Program-made: the position numbers and the translations under genes | Origin: Hormiphora californensis | Taxonomy: Eukaryota; Animalia; Ctenophora | Assembly (NCBI GenBank): GCA_020137815.1 | Contig: CM035360.1 | Location: 1,054,001-1,118,000, forward strand | Direction: 5' to 3' | Length of the DNA: 64,000 nucleotides | Notes under the pieces: model-generated | Seen by the model: only the letters and a program-made list of their open reading frames with translations | Database searches by the model: none | What the model was told of the DNA's origin: nothing | Shown here: positions 11,201-22,644 of the stretch, piece after piece | Position numbering within the stretch: the first letter of the stretch is position 1 | How the letters are laid out: each line of letters begins with the position of its first letter

Positions 11201-13345
11201 AGGGGAGACGGACGCTAGGTCGCAACCCAGCAAGCAAGTATGTGTTTTTATTCCAACAGTCCTCACTTGATATGTCGTGATTTTCACTTAAATACATATT
11301 TTCACTCTCCTTCTTCATTGATAGCTTGGGCAGATCTTGATTCAGTTGTTAATCTTGTTAATGTGAGAGACAGTGCCGAACATGATGGATCTCTCTATCT
11401 ATCTACGGAGTTTTATGTTCAACATATAGTGACCTGGTTGTTGTCATATCCATTATCCAGTTTATTGTCTTTGTGTTTATCCCTTTGTTTATTAGGCCCC
11501 AACATGATGGATGAGCGAAGACTACTAGCAGGGTGCGCTATGAACTAAACAGAACACACGCCCTACAGATTAACATGTCTCTTTCCTCAGCTCGGAGTGT
11601 TATCTTCTTCCTCGCAGGGTGCGGGATGATCATATCTCAGAACATCCTCCTAACGCTGCCAATGCCATTCCTAACCAGTGAAATATCTCTTCGATACAAC
11701 TTCTCCACGACTGTATCAGGCATTGCCACCGGTCTCTACCCCCTCTCTGGTTGTATATTCTCAGTTCTAGCCCACTATTTTACCCGGTTTGACACTCCCT
11801 CCTTCCTTCTTGTCACTGCTCCTGTTCCACTCCTTGCCAGCGTGGTGTTCTACCTTCCTCTCAGCAGAGGAATGTTTATCACCGTTGTCATGGCAACTCG
11901 TGTGATTCTCGGTATGTATGAAGCCGTGACTGAGCCCAAAGTCGTCGCCAAGATGGCAGAAATGTTTCCTGATAAACTCGGTTTACTATCAACTGTGTTA
12001 GAGCTAGCATTCAACGTTGCTATGGCGATAGGACCGTTTCTAGGGGAATGGCTGTATACACGGGGTGGGTTTAAACTCGCTATCGCAGCTGCTGGAGCTC
12101 TGGTGTTCAGCATGGCTGTTACCTGTTCAATCATCTTCCGTTCAAGTACTACACAGCAGAGAATAATTTCATCTGAGAGGAAGGGGCTGCTGGGGGAGTC
12201 TTCCGAGGACGAAGAGGAGACTTCAGAAGACGAGGATGACGAGGAAGTATCATCAACCCTTGGAATATCACCCCTCTACTCTGTACCAGTGGGAAGCGGG
12301 GATGCACCACTCGACTACTCCGTACCAGTTGAGGGGACACCAGAAGATGCACCACTCTACTCCGTTCCAGTCGTTCTACTCGGTATAATCGTGCTAGGAG
12401 TGGTTGTAAGTAGTGAGGTGTTTATTTCCTCATTCCTTACTGTCTACTTCGCGGATGTATACGGTAAAAGTGAGGCGGTTACAGGGACTGTAATGATGAT
12501 AACTGGTGTAATTGATATTGCGGTAACCGTGACAATCGGATTCCTGACTGATCATGGTCTCTCCAGATCTGTTACCCTGGTTACAGGACTCATCCTGACA
12601 TCACTCTCCTGTACATTCCTTGATACCAGAGTCATCCTTCCTACCGATATCACAGCTTCCTTCATCCTATCCTGTGTACTGTTTACCCTATTTGAGATAT
12701 CAGCAGGTGTTGTCCAGGTCAGCATCCTGCCACTCCTGATCCAACACCATGGTGGTGACGATGTTGCCATGGCCACGGAACGCATGTCAAGTGTCTTCAA
12801 TATCAGTTACTTCGCTGGATCGTTTCTGGGTCCAGTTGTTTATGGTACTATTCTAAACTATTGTTCCTACTCGTGGAGTTTCGGAATGGCAGGAGTTGCT
12901 GTGGGGATTGTGCTCGTGGGGGTGGTACAGCAACAGTGGTTTGGAGGATCGGGAATATTGTTAAACCCAAAGATATTATCTGATACACAATCAGAGATTA
13001 ATCAAACGGACCAAAAATTATAATCCATTTGAAACAATTTTTACAGATTTGAAATGTTACTTGTCACCCAATTTACAAAATTAAGTATCTAATGATAATT
13101 AATCAGCTCCAGAATCTTGATCCTGTCGAGCGCTTTACCAGAAATCCCTTTACAAGCAAAGATAATGATAATTATGCATCTTCTTACCGGAATTAGCGGT
13201 GTTTTGGTTGCGAGCCTGTCTGACCTTGTCCTTCAGTTCATCGATAACAAAACTGTAATACTCCTGCAGATCATTCTCCATTCCTTCCTGGTACTCTCTC
13301 TCCCTGTCTTTCACCTGGTGATATATTTGTTTAGTTAAAACCCGT

Positions 13346-13388
<43 letters not shown>

Positions 13389-16300
13389 TGAGCACTGGAA
13401 TTAAAAAAATTAAAAAAATGGATGCTTACCCTTTCAATTTCCTCTCGGTGATTCTTCCTCATTTCCCTAAACCTCTCCTGGACCTCCTCAGTCACTTCTT
13501 CCCTTATTCTACACCTGCAAAATACAAGGTAGTTCAGTTAGTTAGATCAGCTGTGTGGGATTAGTTGTACGTTGTGGGATATAACTCATCTCACTAGTCA
13601 CTGTACTATGGTGCAAAACTGCAAAGGTGTACTCACTCAAAGTCGAGTAGATCAACTTGGGCCTGTCCGTCATCATGAGTACCCGCGGATTGTGGGCGTG
13701 GTATTAGGAGTGCCTGGGGGAAAGGACACATTTGAAATCAAGGCAAAAAACAATAGCTATCAATTGAAAAACAAACAGTACGAAAAAGTTCAAAAATAGT
13801 ACCGATGACGTTGTTTAGATCCTCCAGACGCAGCAATCACAAACAAACAGAGTCTGAACGAAAGAACTACATGATTCACACAACCTACCTCACTAGCCAG
13901 GGCAGAGAACTTCAAAGCGTGGATAGATTCATCATAACACTCGGTGGAGGGGTTCACGCATACAATCATACTTAACCGACCATCACCCGACAGGAAGTTC
14001 TTGAACAACTTGGTCAACTTGCTTTCCCGGTAAGGTACAATCTGACCGGATCCCCTGTGTAAATAACGTCACGTGAGGCCCATATATGGATTTACAAGTC
14101 ACGTTATGCCCAAATATGGATTTTAAAAGTCACGTAATGCCCATATATGGTGTTCTGATGAGAAACTTACCCTGTTCGTCCCCTAAATCTGGAGTTATGT
14201 CGGAGGGATGCAATACACTTCCCCAAGGTTAGCAGTGATGTGTTGATGTTACCCGCTTCCTTAAGTCTCTGCCCCACTGCGTGGGTCTTGCCATGTCTCT
14301 CACTACCAGCCAGGTCAACAAATGTTATCCTGGAGAAATGTTAATTAATTAATTAATTAACTAGATAATTAAGAACAAGTTAGTATTGAATCGAGTGGAA
14401 GACTAAGTGGAGTAAACTGTGTAGTGTGTTGTCCCTTTTTACAGTTTTGTCCTACTTCACCTATCATTCTTCACCGAGGAGGACTATGTATGTACAACAA
14501 TCGGTAAATTGGGGTGCCCGATATTACGATTATGAGGGAGGACCGGTAAATTGAGGGGGTCGGTAAACATTGTTTAAACAACTAATGTATCCTTATTAAA
14601 CCACTTACTGTGTGCATCGTGATTGTTGGGACGCAGTATTTGTCCCAATGATGCTTATCTTGAAAATAGCATGGGATCTACTGGAGTTCTGGTTCATACT
14701 TGTCGCTGCTTTCTGTAATTAATTAAAGAGTTAAGTAGGCATTTCTGTAATCATCGAGTAATTTAATAACCACTGATTCAGAAAAACTCTGTTCATTAGG
14801 GGGTTTCCAGAACACAGTCAGACACGTACAGTCGGACCCCGGTAAATCGGGGTCCGACTGTATAATCAGATCAGAATTTGAAACCCGGGACCCAGTGCCA
14901 AAAACCCAAAAGAAACCCACCCCCCCCCAGTGGAACCATCTCCTACCTTTCGGTTCCGTTGCCCGTACAGTAGGGCTCTGCTGGCCTCTGCAAACGACGT
15001 CACCTCCAGGTGTGTGGCGCCCTTTACGTAACTACTCATGTTGTAATCTTCACCCAGCCGCAGGGTCGGTCTGTCTTTCGGTTTTATCTCACCTGATGAG
15101 GGAGAGGGGACATAAAGGTTCTTGGGATTATAAAATTAATTCCTGGAATTAGGTTATTGCTTCCTAGGATTAGGGTATTGGACATAGGAGCCCTTGCAAC
15201 TATCCCTTGGCTTCAGGATCCAAGAACATGGGGATATCCTGGGACCCCCTGAAAGCTCCTGGTTATTCCCAGGATACAAGATTTTTCCCAGGATATGAAT
15301 TTGTTCTAAAGGGAGATTGGTAATGAAATTACCCCTCCGCGCCAGCGCCCCAGTGGGCGCGAAATATTAGGGGTGACTTCGTAACCAAAAAGGGAGAGAG
15401 GGTCGAGCAAAGCAAGGAAGACTCTAAAAATTTAATTGGCCCGGCGTACTGAACCAATTAGTTTGATAAACAGCCCCCACAGGGCTACTATGTCGGGGGC
15501 ATGTTTGGGGGGGATGTTTGGGCATGTCAGATGTTGGGGGCAAGTTTGGACAAGTTCACACCTGCTTCAGGGGGCGGTTGGAGTAGATCGTAGATGTTCT
15601 CATTGTACAGCTCCAGATAACTGACCCACACACTGTACTCTACATCCTGTTCGTTGCTTAGTTGAACCAGGACATTGTCCGTTATCTGGTAACTCTGGTT
15701 GTCACCCACTGGGAGAGAGAGGGGAATTAGGGGCTACAAAAAAAATGAAGAGAGCTGTCCCCGTTGTTACCATAGCAACCAAAGGGGATAAGGAAGGGAT
15801 GGAATTGACAACATTTTGGGAACATTGTGTGTTTTAGGGAACAGGGGGACATGATTGGGAACTGATTAGTAACTGACTTACAAGCAGCAGTAGAGTCAGC
15901 GGTACTACCGAGATTACATTGGATTGAGTTGCTGTCAGTCATCCCGGATATCTCCAAATCCTGCACCAGGGGGGCTTTATTATTTGAAAGAAATGACAAA
16001 CATAAAATAAATATTGTATATAAACTCGTTCGTTACGTTGCAGTTCGTTTCAGGATTGCTTGTCCCAGACACCGATATAAGGGCTCTTCCCCTCGCTAAA
16101 ATGCCTCATATACCAATATTCGAGCAGTGGCTTGTTGTAATACCTTGCCTGGCTAGACTGTGTTTCGGGCGCCCCGCACAAATGTAAAGGGAGGGTTAGA
16201 ACATAACAAGTAATACCCATATAAAATATAAAGGAGGTCTTTTCCGGACTACATGGTGAAATTTACCCATATCATATCATACTATTATTAAAGCAAATAG

Positions 16301-19300
16301 GGAAATCCCATGTCCCGTTTTTTTGACCAAATATGGCATTTTGCACGTGCAGGTTTAGAGGTGGAGTACTATAGCTGGAGTTGGGCCAGGGGTGGGAGCC
16401 GTTGCCAAGGATTGTTACCAATGTACTGCAGCTGCACGTGCAGCTGTTCTTGCGTTGTTTATGTGTCACTGTTCCAGCTATTATGCTCTCTTCAACAACC
16501 GTTGATATACGATTACGAAAGCGACAATTGGAGATCTCACCGCCATTCTCTACTTTTCCATACACTGAGGGGTTTAAATACAGCAACACCAAGAGAACTG
16601 AGGTCTGAGAAGTGCAGAGACAACGAAAAAGACGTTGGAGGTTAGACAGAACCGGTGATCAATCCCAGATGAATACTGCAAACAGATGAAACGCGAGGAG
16701 TTCTAAAACTCGCAGCGATCCCGCCTGAGCTCCTTTTACGGTACGGTGCATGTCAACAGTTCGACTGGTGATGTCAGTGTTCCCTAATCCAGCAACCATT
16801 TCCCAGAAATTCGCCCGTAGGGCGAACGGGTTTACTAGTAGTATCATATAGTATGAATGAATATATTATTTTAGCAGCAATTAAATGGGAGGATACTTCG
16901 TTGATCATATGGACCCCATGAGGGCATAGGCCAGTCATATGACGTCGATATATCGCTGAAAAAGGAAGTAATTGATCTAAAAGCGATTCCACTTCCAGGG
17001 CCCTCCAATGGGTCTCTACAACCACCAAAAAAATTTACCGCGGGTACCGCGATGGAGAAATCGGTCATTTCCGGGTTTATTTTGCACCTGCATAAATATA
17101 GTACAGGACGAATGCGATATACGGTAAAAACCGTCTTTGGAAACAAGTAGAAAAAGAAATCAGGGCACTAAAGTGTGTAGCGTCCTCGCATTAGTGGGGG
17201 TAGGTGCTGGAATTAAGTCTCTATCTTATCAGGTTAATTAGATAATTGGATAATTAGATGCGCACATAGCCGTTTTATGGTTATACGGTAAAAACCAACT
17301 TTGGAATGGAGTAGAGAAAAAAACCGAGGGTACTAGAGTGATCAGCGTCCTCGAATTAGTGGGGGTATGTACCAAAATTAAGTTCCTATCTCATCGCGTT
17401 AATTAGATAATTGGATAATTAGGTATGCGCATAACCGTTTTTAGGTTACATGGCTATAGCCACTTAGGAATGGTTTAGAGACTTTTCATTGGTGCCATTT
17501 TGTAGGCAATAGCCAAGTTATTGGGGGTCGACGTCGGACTTTTAAGCTCTATATTCAACCGTTTAGCCGTTATTTGGCTTTAAAGGTGCTCAAAGTGAGC
17601 AAAAAAGCGGTAAAAAGACCGATAACTTGGCTATTGCCTACAAAATGGCACCAATGAAAAGTCTCTAAACCATTCCTAAGTGGCTATAGCCATGTAACCT
17701 AAAAACGGTTATGCGCATACCTAATTATCCAATTATCTAATGAACGCGATGAGATAGGAACTTAATTTTGGTACTTACCCCCACTAATTCGAGGACGCTG
17801 ATCACTCTAGTACCCTCGGTTTTTTCTCTACTCCATTCCAAAGTTGGTTTTTACCGTATAACCATAAAACGGCTATGTGCGCATCTAATTATCCAATTAT
17901 CTAATTAACCTGATAAGATAGAGACTTAATTCCAGCACCTACCCCCACTAATGCGAGGACGCTACACACTTTAGTGCCCTTGATTTCTTTTCTACTTGTT
18001 TCCAAAGACGGTTTTTACCGTATATCGCATTCGTCCTAGCCTATATTTATGCAGGTGCAAAATAAACCCGGAAATGACCGATTTCTCCATCGCGGTACCC
18101 GCGGTAAATTTTTTTGGTGGTTGTAGAGACCCATTGGAGTGCCCTGGAAGTGGAATCGCTTTTAGATCAATTAGTTCCATTTCACAACGTCATATGACTG
18201 GCCTAGCATGGTAATTTGTAAATTCATAATACTCATCAGCGCATCCCTGTGATGGTTTTCGCAACTGTTGAGAGAGAAAGAAAGAAATGGGGAAATAAAT
18301 AGAGAAATGGAGAGAGAAGCATAGTGTCCTCTTGCGTCTTGTTGAATCATGTGACTATAATATATGAGATCCTCTATTCCGTGTCGATGCTCTATTCCGC
18401 GTATTATTCTGTTAGACTCTATGAGGGGACTCGTTCGTTACGTTGCAGTTCGTTTCAGTTTTGCTTGTCTCAGACACCGATAAGGGCTCTTCCCCTCACT
18501 AAAATGCAATTTAATCCTGCATTAATACCAATATTCGAGCACACTTCACATTTTGATTAAGGCTAGGAGTAGTGTGATTAGTGATACCCCTGTCGACGCC
18601 GTGTGGCACTCGCCGCTCAGTGTCGCCAGTGGTTGACCACGACCTTCCTGGAGCGTATGAAGTAACATGCTCTGCATAAACTGATTGGTGGGTGGCCTTG
18701 CTACGGCAGAGTGGTGGACGTGCTGGGGCGCCTAATAAGCGTGTTCGGTGCGGCCTCTACTACTTTCGGGCAGGTCATCCTCCAGACGCAGTAATCAAAA
18801 ACAAACAAATACATAATAATTAAAATCAGGACCTAAGTAAACAATTTGGTTGAATTGCTGCCTTGAGCGGCCTACTTTCTCCTAAAAACACATAAAAACG
18901 TATACAGTACTTTGTACTAATTCCTAACCTGCGAAAGGTTATCAGGGTAGATGATACGTTGTTTCAGGGTTTCACGTGCTGTTTGAAGCTTTTCCGTCAT
19001 CTTACACACGTCATTGTGAAGGTGGGGGCAGAACACCGATCTGGGTTTAATACACGACCCTGGAGAAAGAGAGAAGAAAACAGTTAACCTGGTCTTGAGA
19101 TGACCAGGTACCCAAAAACATGGCTAACACTGCTGAGTGTTCGCCAGGTTTTGGGTACTCGACACCATTTCCCTCCCAAACACCCGCGTCCGGTTTTCAA
19201 AAAACGTGGAATATGGATGACAATGACAACTTTATGCGCGCTATAGATTTCGCGCGCTCCCTACATGTCGTTCTCAGCATGTACCGATTTCGGTGGGAAT

Positions 19301-21290
19301 CGCACTACCAAGAAACAGAGAATCAAACGAAGACCTGCTGAACATGGTAAAGAGAGTAAAGTAACAGTAAGGAGGGAGAGAAGATGAGAAAAAGAGGAAT
19401 GTAAATCGTTTATGACACGGCCCTGTGAAACATTCAGATCGCAGCTATCTGGCGGGCAGAAAATATCTTTTAATCACTCTCTCGAGTTAGTTAAATACTG
19501 GGAACTCTCTTCAAGAGTATGTATGTGAGCAGGAGAGAAAAACCATTAAATTGTTACTAGGATAGATGTCACTTGTCAACAACCAGACACCTAAATCATA
19601 ATTTGGATAGGAGCGAGCGCCGAGACGGTGCGTGAAAGCTGCCACACACATGACACACCTGTGTTGCTATTTTCTAATAATCTCTCTTACCAAGTGTATT
19701 AAAGATGAGATCCAGGGATCGGGGAAGAAGTCCGGCATCGTTCCTGGGCCCTTGGACTGTATGTGTCTTCCCAGAGTTGGTAACTCCATACGTAAAGAGC
19801 AAGGCATTGTTTTCAAAGTTCAGACACTCCTCTAAAAAAGAGAGAGAGAGAGGTTAGAAAAGAAGAGACAAAACAAAATCATATTATCACGCCCAACAAC
19901 TATAAATCGTGCCAATTTTAGACACTGTTAGGACCGTATGGCCTTTGTTTTTAACAACGGAATTTCAAAAAACCTGGAAAAATCTTCTACTTATCCATGG
20001 ATTTGTGATGTTCTAACCCTCTGCGTTCGGAGAGAGAGGGTCAAACTTGCCGTGTTTAACCCTCTCTCTCTCTCGCCCCGGGTTAGAACATAACAATGTC
20101 GAACAAGGTCCAAGGATAAGGTGAAATATCGCTGAGCAAGAGAGGAGGGCACTCTCCCTTGACTAATCAATTACCCTCCCCCCTTTCCATCCCGTATGTC
20201 ACCTAGAAGTGGCAGAGCAGTACTCTCAAACAAATCACTCTGTGTTGTCTCCGGAATGAAGATGCGGGTAAATTTGAACTTTTGGACACTCAGAGTGTGG
20301 TTTCTCCGGGAGTTCTTGTGGGTTTCCGTTTGTTCTGGGGCTGTGGCGATGAGACACATGGGGTCCTCTTGACAGATTGTGTAGGCATCGCTGGCTGCTG
20401 TGGTCTTACGGAGACGAAGGTAGACCTGGGGGAGTTGGATGGGTTAGACCTGGGTGAGGGGAGGAGGGTTGAAGGGTCAAGGGGTTAGACCTGGGTGAGG
20501 GGAGGAGGGTTGAAGGAGTTAGACCTGGGTGAGGGGAGGAGGGTTGAAGGGTCAAGGGGTTAGACCTGGGTGAGGGGAGGAGGGTTGAAGGAGTTAGATC
20601 TGGGTGAGGGGAGGAGGGTTGAAGGAGTTAGACCTGGGTGAGGGGAGGAGGGTTGAAGGGGTTAGACCTGGGTGAGGGGAGGAGGGTTGGAGGAGTTAGA
20701 CCTGGGTGAGGGGAGGAGGGTTGAGGGGGGTTAGACCTGGGTGAGGGGAGGAGGGTTGAAGGAGTTAGACCTGGGTGAGGGGAGGAGGGTTGAAGGGGGT
20801 TAGACCTGGGTGAGGGGAGGAGGGTTGAAGGGGTTAGACCTGGGTGAGGGGAGGAGGGTTGAAGGGGTTAGACCTGGGTGAGGGGAGGAGGGTTGAAGGG
20901 GGTTAGACCTGGGTGAGGGGAGGAGGGTTGAAGGGGTTAGACCTGGGTGAGGGGAGGAGGGTTGAAGGGGTTAGACCTGGGTGAAGGGAGGAGGGTTGAA
21001 GGAGTTAGACCTGGCCGGGTGAGGGGGGGGGGGGTTGAAGGAGTTAGACTTGGATGGGAGAGGGTTGAAGGAGTTAGCCTTCAGATGGGTTTATAGTTGT
21101 GGGGAGTTGGTCGTTGGAAGTAGAATGGTTGAAGTAATAGCTGCGAGAGGAGTTGTGAGATAGAGACGAAAGATGTAATGCCGGACTAATCTGGACGGGG
21201 ATAATTAAAGTATAATAAGTATGAACTCTCCACACAAACCTTTAGAAGGGAATCATTACTCTCCAGGGATGTCGTTTCATTAGCACTCAT
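8265..21290 (-). CDS. KIF20: Kinesin-6 family motor (KIF20A/B / MKLP2-like), multi-exon, long coiled-coil tail
   Basis: Phase-compatible GT-AG exons: 21240-21290 (MSANE...LLK), 20203-20425 (VYLRLR), 19691-19831 (P-loop [18 protein letters not shown]), 18929-19059, 15882-15960, 15562-15708 ([17 protein letters not shown]), 14947-15092, 14609-14712 ([11 protein letters not shown]), 14171-14329 (FVDLAGSER), 13889-14054 (VPYRESKLT). Coiled-coil exons follow at ~13637-13713, ~13430-13514, ~13187-13341, ~10525-10721, ~10185-10315, ~9929-10056, ~9347-9532, ~9030-9153, ~8847-8901 and ~8375-8523. The last exon and stop (~8265) are uncertain. Confidence 0.9.
8672..8843. mobile_element. Tc1/mariner-pogo-type MITE (TA target)
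   Basis: TA-flanked TIRs CAGTCGGACCCCGATTTACCGGG / CCCGGTAAATCGGGGTCCGACTG. Fragments at ~10133-10150 and ~14500-14570. Confidence 0.85.
9536..9648. repeat. Intronic minisatellite (~24-bp unit ggatatataatagggggataatata) abutting a kinesin 3' splice site
   Basis: About four tandem units seen directly. Confidence 0.85.
11575..13023 (+). CDS. MFS transporter (SLC18B1-like), intronless, nested antisense in a kinesin intron
   Basis: About 12 hydrophobic segments in two bundles with an acidic central loop; motifs [10 protein letters not shown] and [20 protein letters not shown]. The ORF track starts at GTG 11533; the first ATG, preceded by an acceptor, is at 11575. Confidence 0.85.
   Translation: MSLSSARSVIFFLAGCGMIISQNILLTLPMPFLTSEISLRYNFSTTVSGIATGLYPLSGCIFSVLAHYFTRFDTPSFLLVTAPVPLLASVVFYLPLSRGMFITVVMATRVILGMYEAVTEPKVVAKMAEMFPDKLGLLSTVLELAFNVAMAIGPFLGEWLYTRGGFKLAIAAAGALVFSMAVTCSIIFRSSTTQQRIISSERKGLLGESSEDEEETSEDEDDEEVSSTLGISPLYSVPVGSGDAPLDYSVPVEGTPEDAPLYSVPVVLLGIIVLGVVVSSEVFISSFLTVYFADVYGKSEAVTGTVMMITGVIDIAVTVTIGFLTDHGLSRSVTLVTGLILTSLSCTFLDTRVILPTDITASFILSCVLFTLFEISAGVVQVSILPLLIQHHGGDDVAMATERMSSVFNISYFAGSFLGPVVYGTILNYCSYSWSFGMAGVAVGIVLVGVVQQQWFGGSGILLNPKILSDTQSEINQTDQKL
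14829..14860. mobile_element. 32-bp minimal derivative of the 8672 MITE (fused TIRs)
   Basis: TA-CAGTCGGACCCCGGTAAATCGGGGTCCGACTG-TA. Confidence 0.8.
15317..15388. mobile_element. 72-bp mini DNA transposon with 9-bp TSD
   Basis: TTGGTAATG...CGTAACCAA flanked by AAAGGGAGA on both sides (15308-15316, 15389-15397). Same termini, reversed, as 46530-47106. Confidence 0.8.
16277..16838 (+). mobile_element. Non-autonomous Helitron
   Basis: A|TC 5' end (TCATACTATTATTAAAGCAAAT), 3' hairpin TTCGCCC-GTA-GGGCGAA, then CTAG|T. No TSD. Ends shared with 25093-25690. Confidence 0.8.
16927..18205. mobile_element. Foldback non-autonomous DNA transposon, TAG...CTA ends, 3-bp TSD (Academ-like)
   Basis: ~595-bp inverted arms (16927-~17523 / ~17620-18205) and a ~95-bp spacer, with GCA duplicated on both sides. 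Confidence 0.8.
20441..21080. repeat. G-rich minisatellite (~34-bp unit, ~17 copies) in kinesin intron 1
   Basis: Unit gttagacctgggtgaggggaggagggttgaagg(a/g). Confidence 0.95.
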
Positions 21291-21515
21291 GGTGACTCAT
21301 TCGTAACTACTAAATCACACACGTAGAGATTCAAAGTGGGTATTTAAAACAACTAATTTACGAAACTCAGACACAAAATTTTGATGTAAAGGAAAACCCA
21401 GTTTATCTGCACAAAATCAAAAAAACAAATAAATATTTCACCAATTTTATAGTCCCCCACTCTTTCTCTCTACAAAACATGCGTGTGATGACATCATCAG
21501 CTTATGACGTCATAA

Positions 21516-22234
21516 TCACTTCTTATCCTCGACCATGATAATATGATACCCGAACTTTGTCTTCACTTGCACATAGTTAGGGTTAGCTGTGGTACTATTG
21601 GATAGTGCGAAGGCTGCATCTTGGAAGGCCCCGACCATGCTGCCCCGTACCATCCAACCCAGATCTCCCCCGTTACGGGCCTTATCCTCACTAAACTTGG
21701 TGGCTACTTCGTTAAACTTTAGTCCTTTTTGGAGTTCCGCCAAGGCTTCCAGGGATTTGGATTGTTTTTCACAGAGAATGTGCCGCACCTTGACGTGGTT
21801 GTAACCTGGAGGGGGGACCCCGTTAATAGTAGGGATGATGTCTTGTTAGACTCTCTAACAGTGGTGCTCCGCCATATTGGCCGCCCGCACAGCGCTGACC
21901 GCCGCACATGAAGCAGTCCACGACGTCCAAGTCACATGACTAACCAATGTTAGTGGACTGCTACAGTCCACTAACATTGGTTACTTTTTTTCGCGTCTTA
22001 GACAATGCAGCCAATATGACGGAGCACCACTCTCTAGTCTTTAAATACAAACTACATGGAAGGTGTTCATTTTGAATCCTTTGCCGCAAACTAACCTTTC
22101 TTCTCCTTTGTCTCCTTCCCAGCATCGGCAGCACCACCTTTCCCTCCTTTTCCACCTTTACCCCCTCCTGCTCCTCCTTTAGCATCCCCTTTCTTTCCAC
22201 CGGCAGCTGCTGCTCCACCCCCTTTCTTTCCCAT
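21516..22234 (-). CDS. PIN4: Parvulin-type peptidyl-prolyl isomerase PIN4 (2 exons: 22096-22234, 21516-21805; 142 aa)
   Basis: Basic Gly/Lys-rich N-terminus MGKKGGG..., then [17 protein letters not shown]...[28 protein letters not shown]...[13 protein letters not shown]. Phase-1 GT-AG intron. Confidence 0.95.
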
Positions 22235-22644
22235 TTTTATATCAGCTACCATGTAGGGAGGATGGGGTGATTCGGGGGAGGATAGGGGAGAGGATGTAGG
22301 GAGGATTTACCAAAGGGTGAAGGGGGAGGGAATGGGTTGTCTGTTGATTCCTGGAGCTCTTTTCACGTATTTTTTTATTTAAACGAATTGTATTGGGAAG
22401 TAATAAACTTTTCAAACAAATCTTTCACAAACAAATCTCTAATAAAATGTGTTGACACGGGTCTAAAAATTAATGAAAAAGTGAGCGAGGTGCAGTGGTA
22501 CATTACATCTTGAATGAGATGACATACACATGTCTTAGCTAAAAACACACAAACTAATTAAATAATTGAGTCCTAATCAACGGGTAGCTCATATTAAATT
22601 AATTGTGATCCTCTCCAGGAGGCAGTACGGATCATGTTGTTGTT

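Noticed and set aside
11071-11240. CRISPR-like repeat-spacer pattern (TAGCAAGCAGG)
   Set aside because: Repeats are short and irregular, there are no cas genes and the context is eukaryotic. Better explained as a templated insertion with target duplication.
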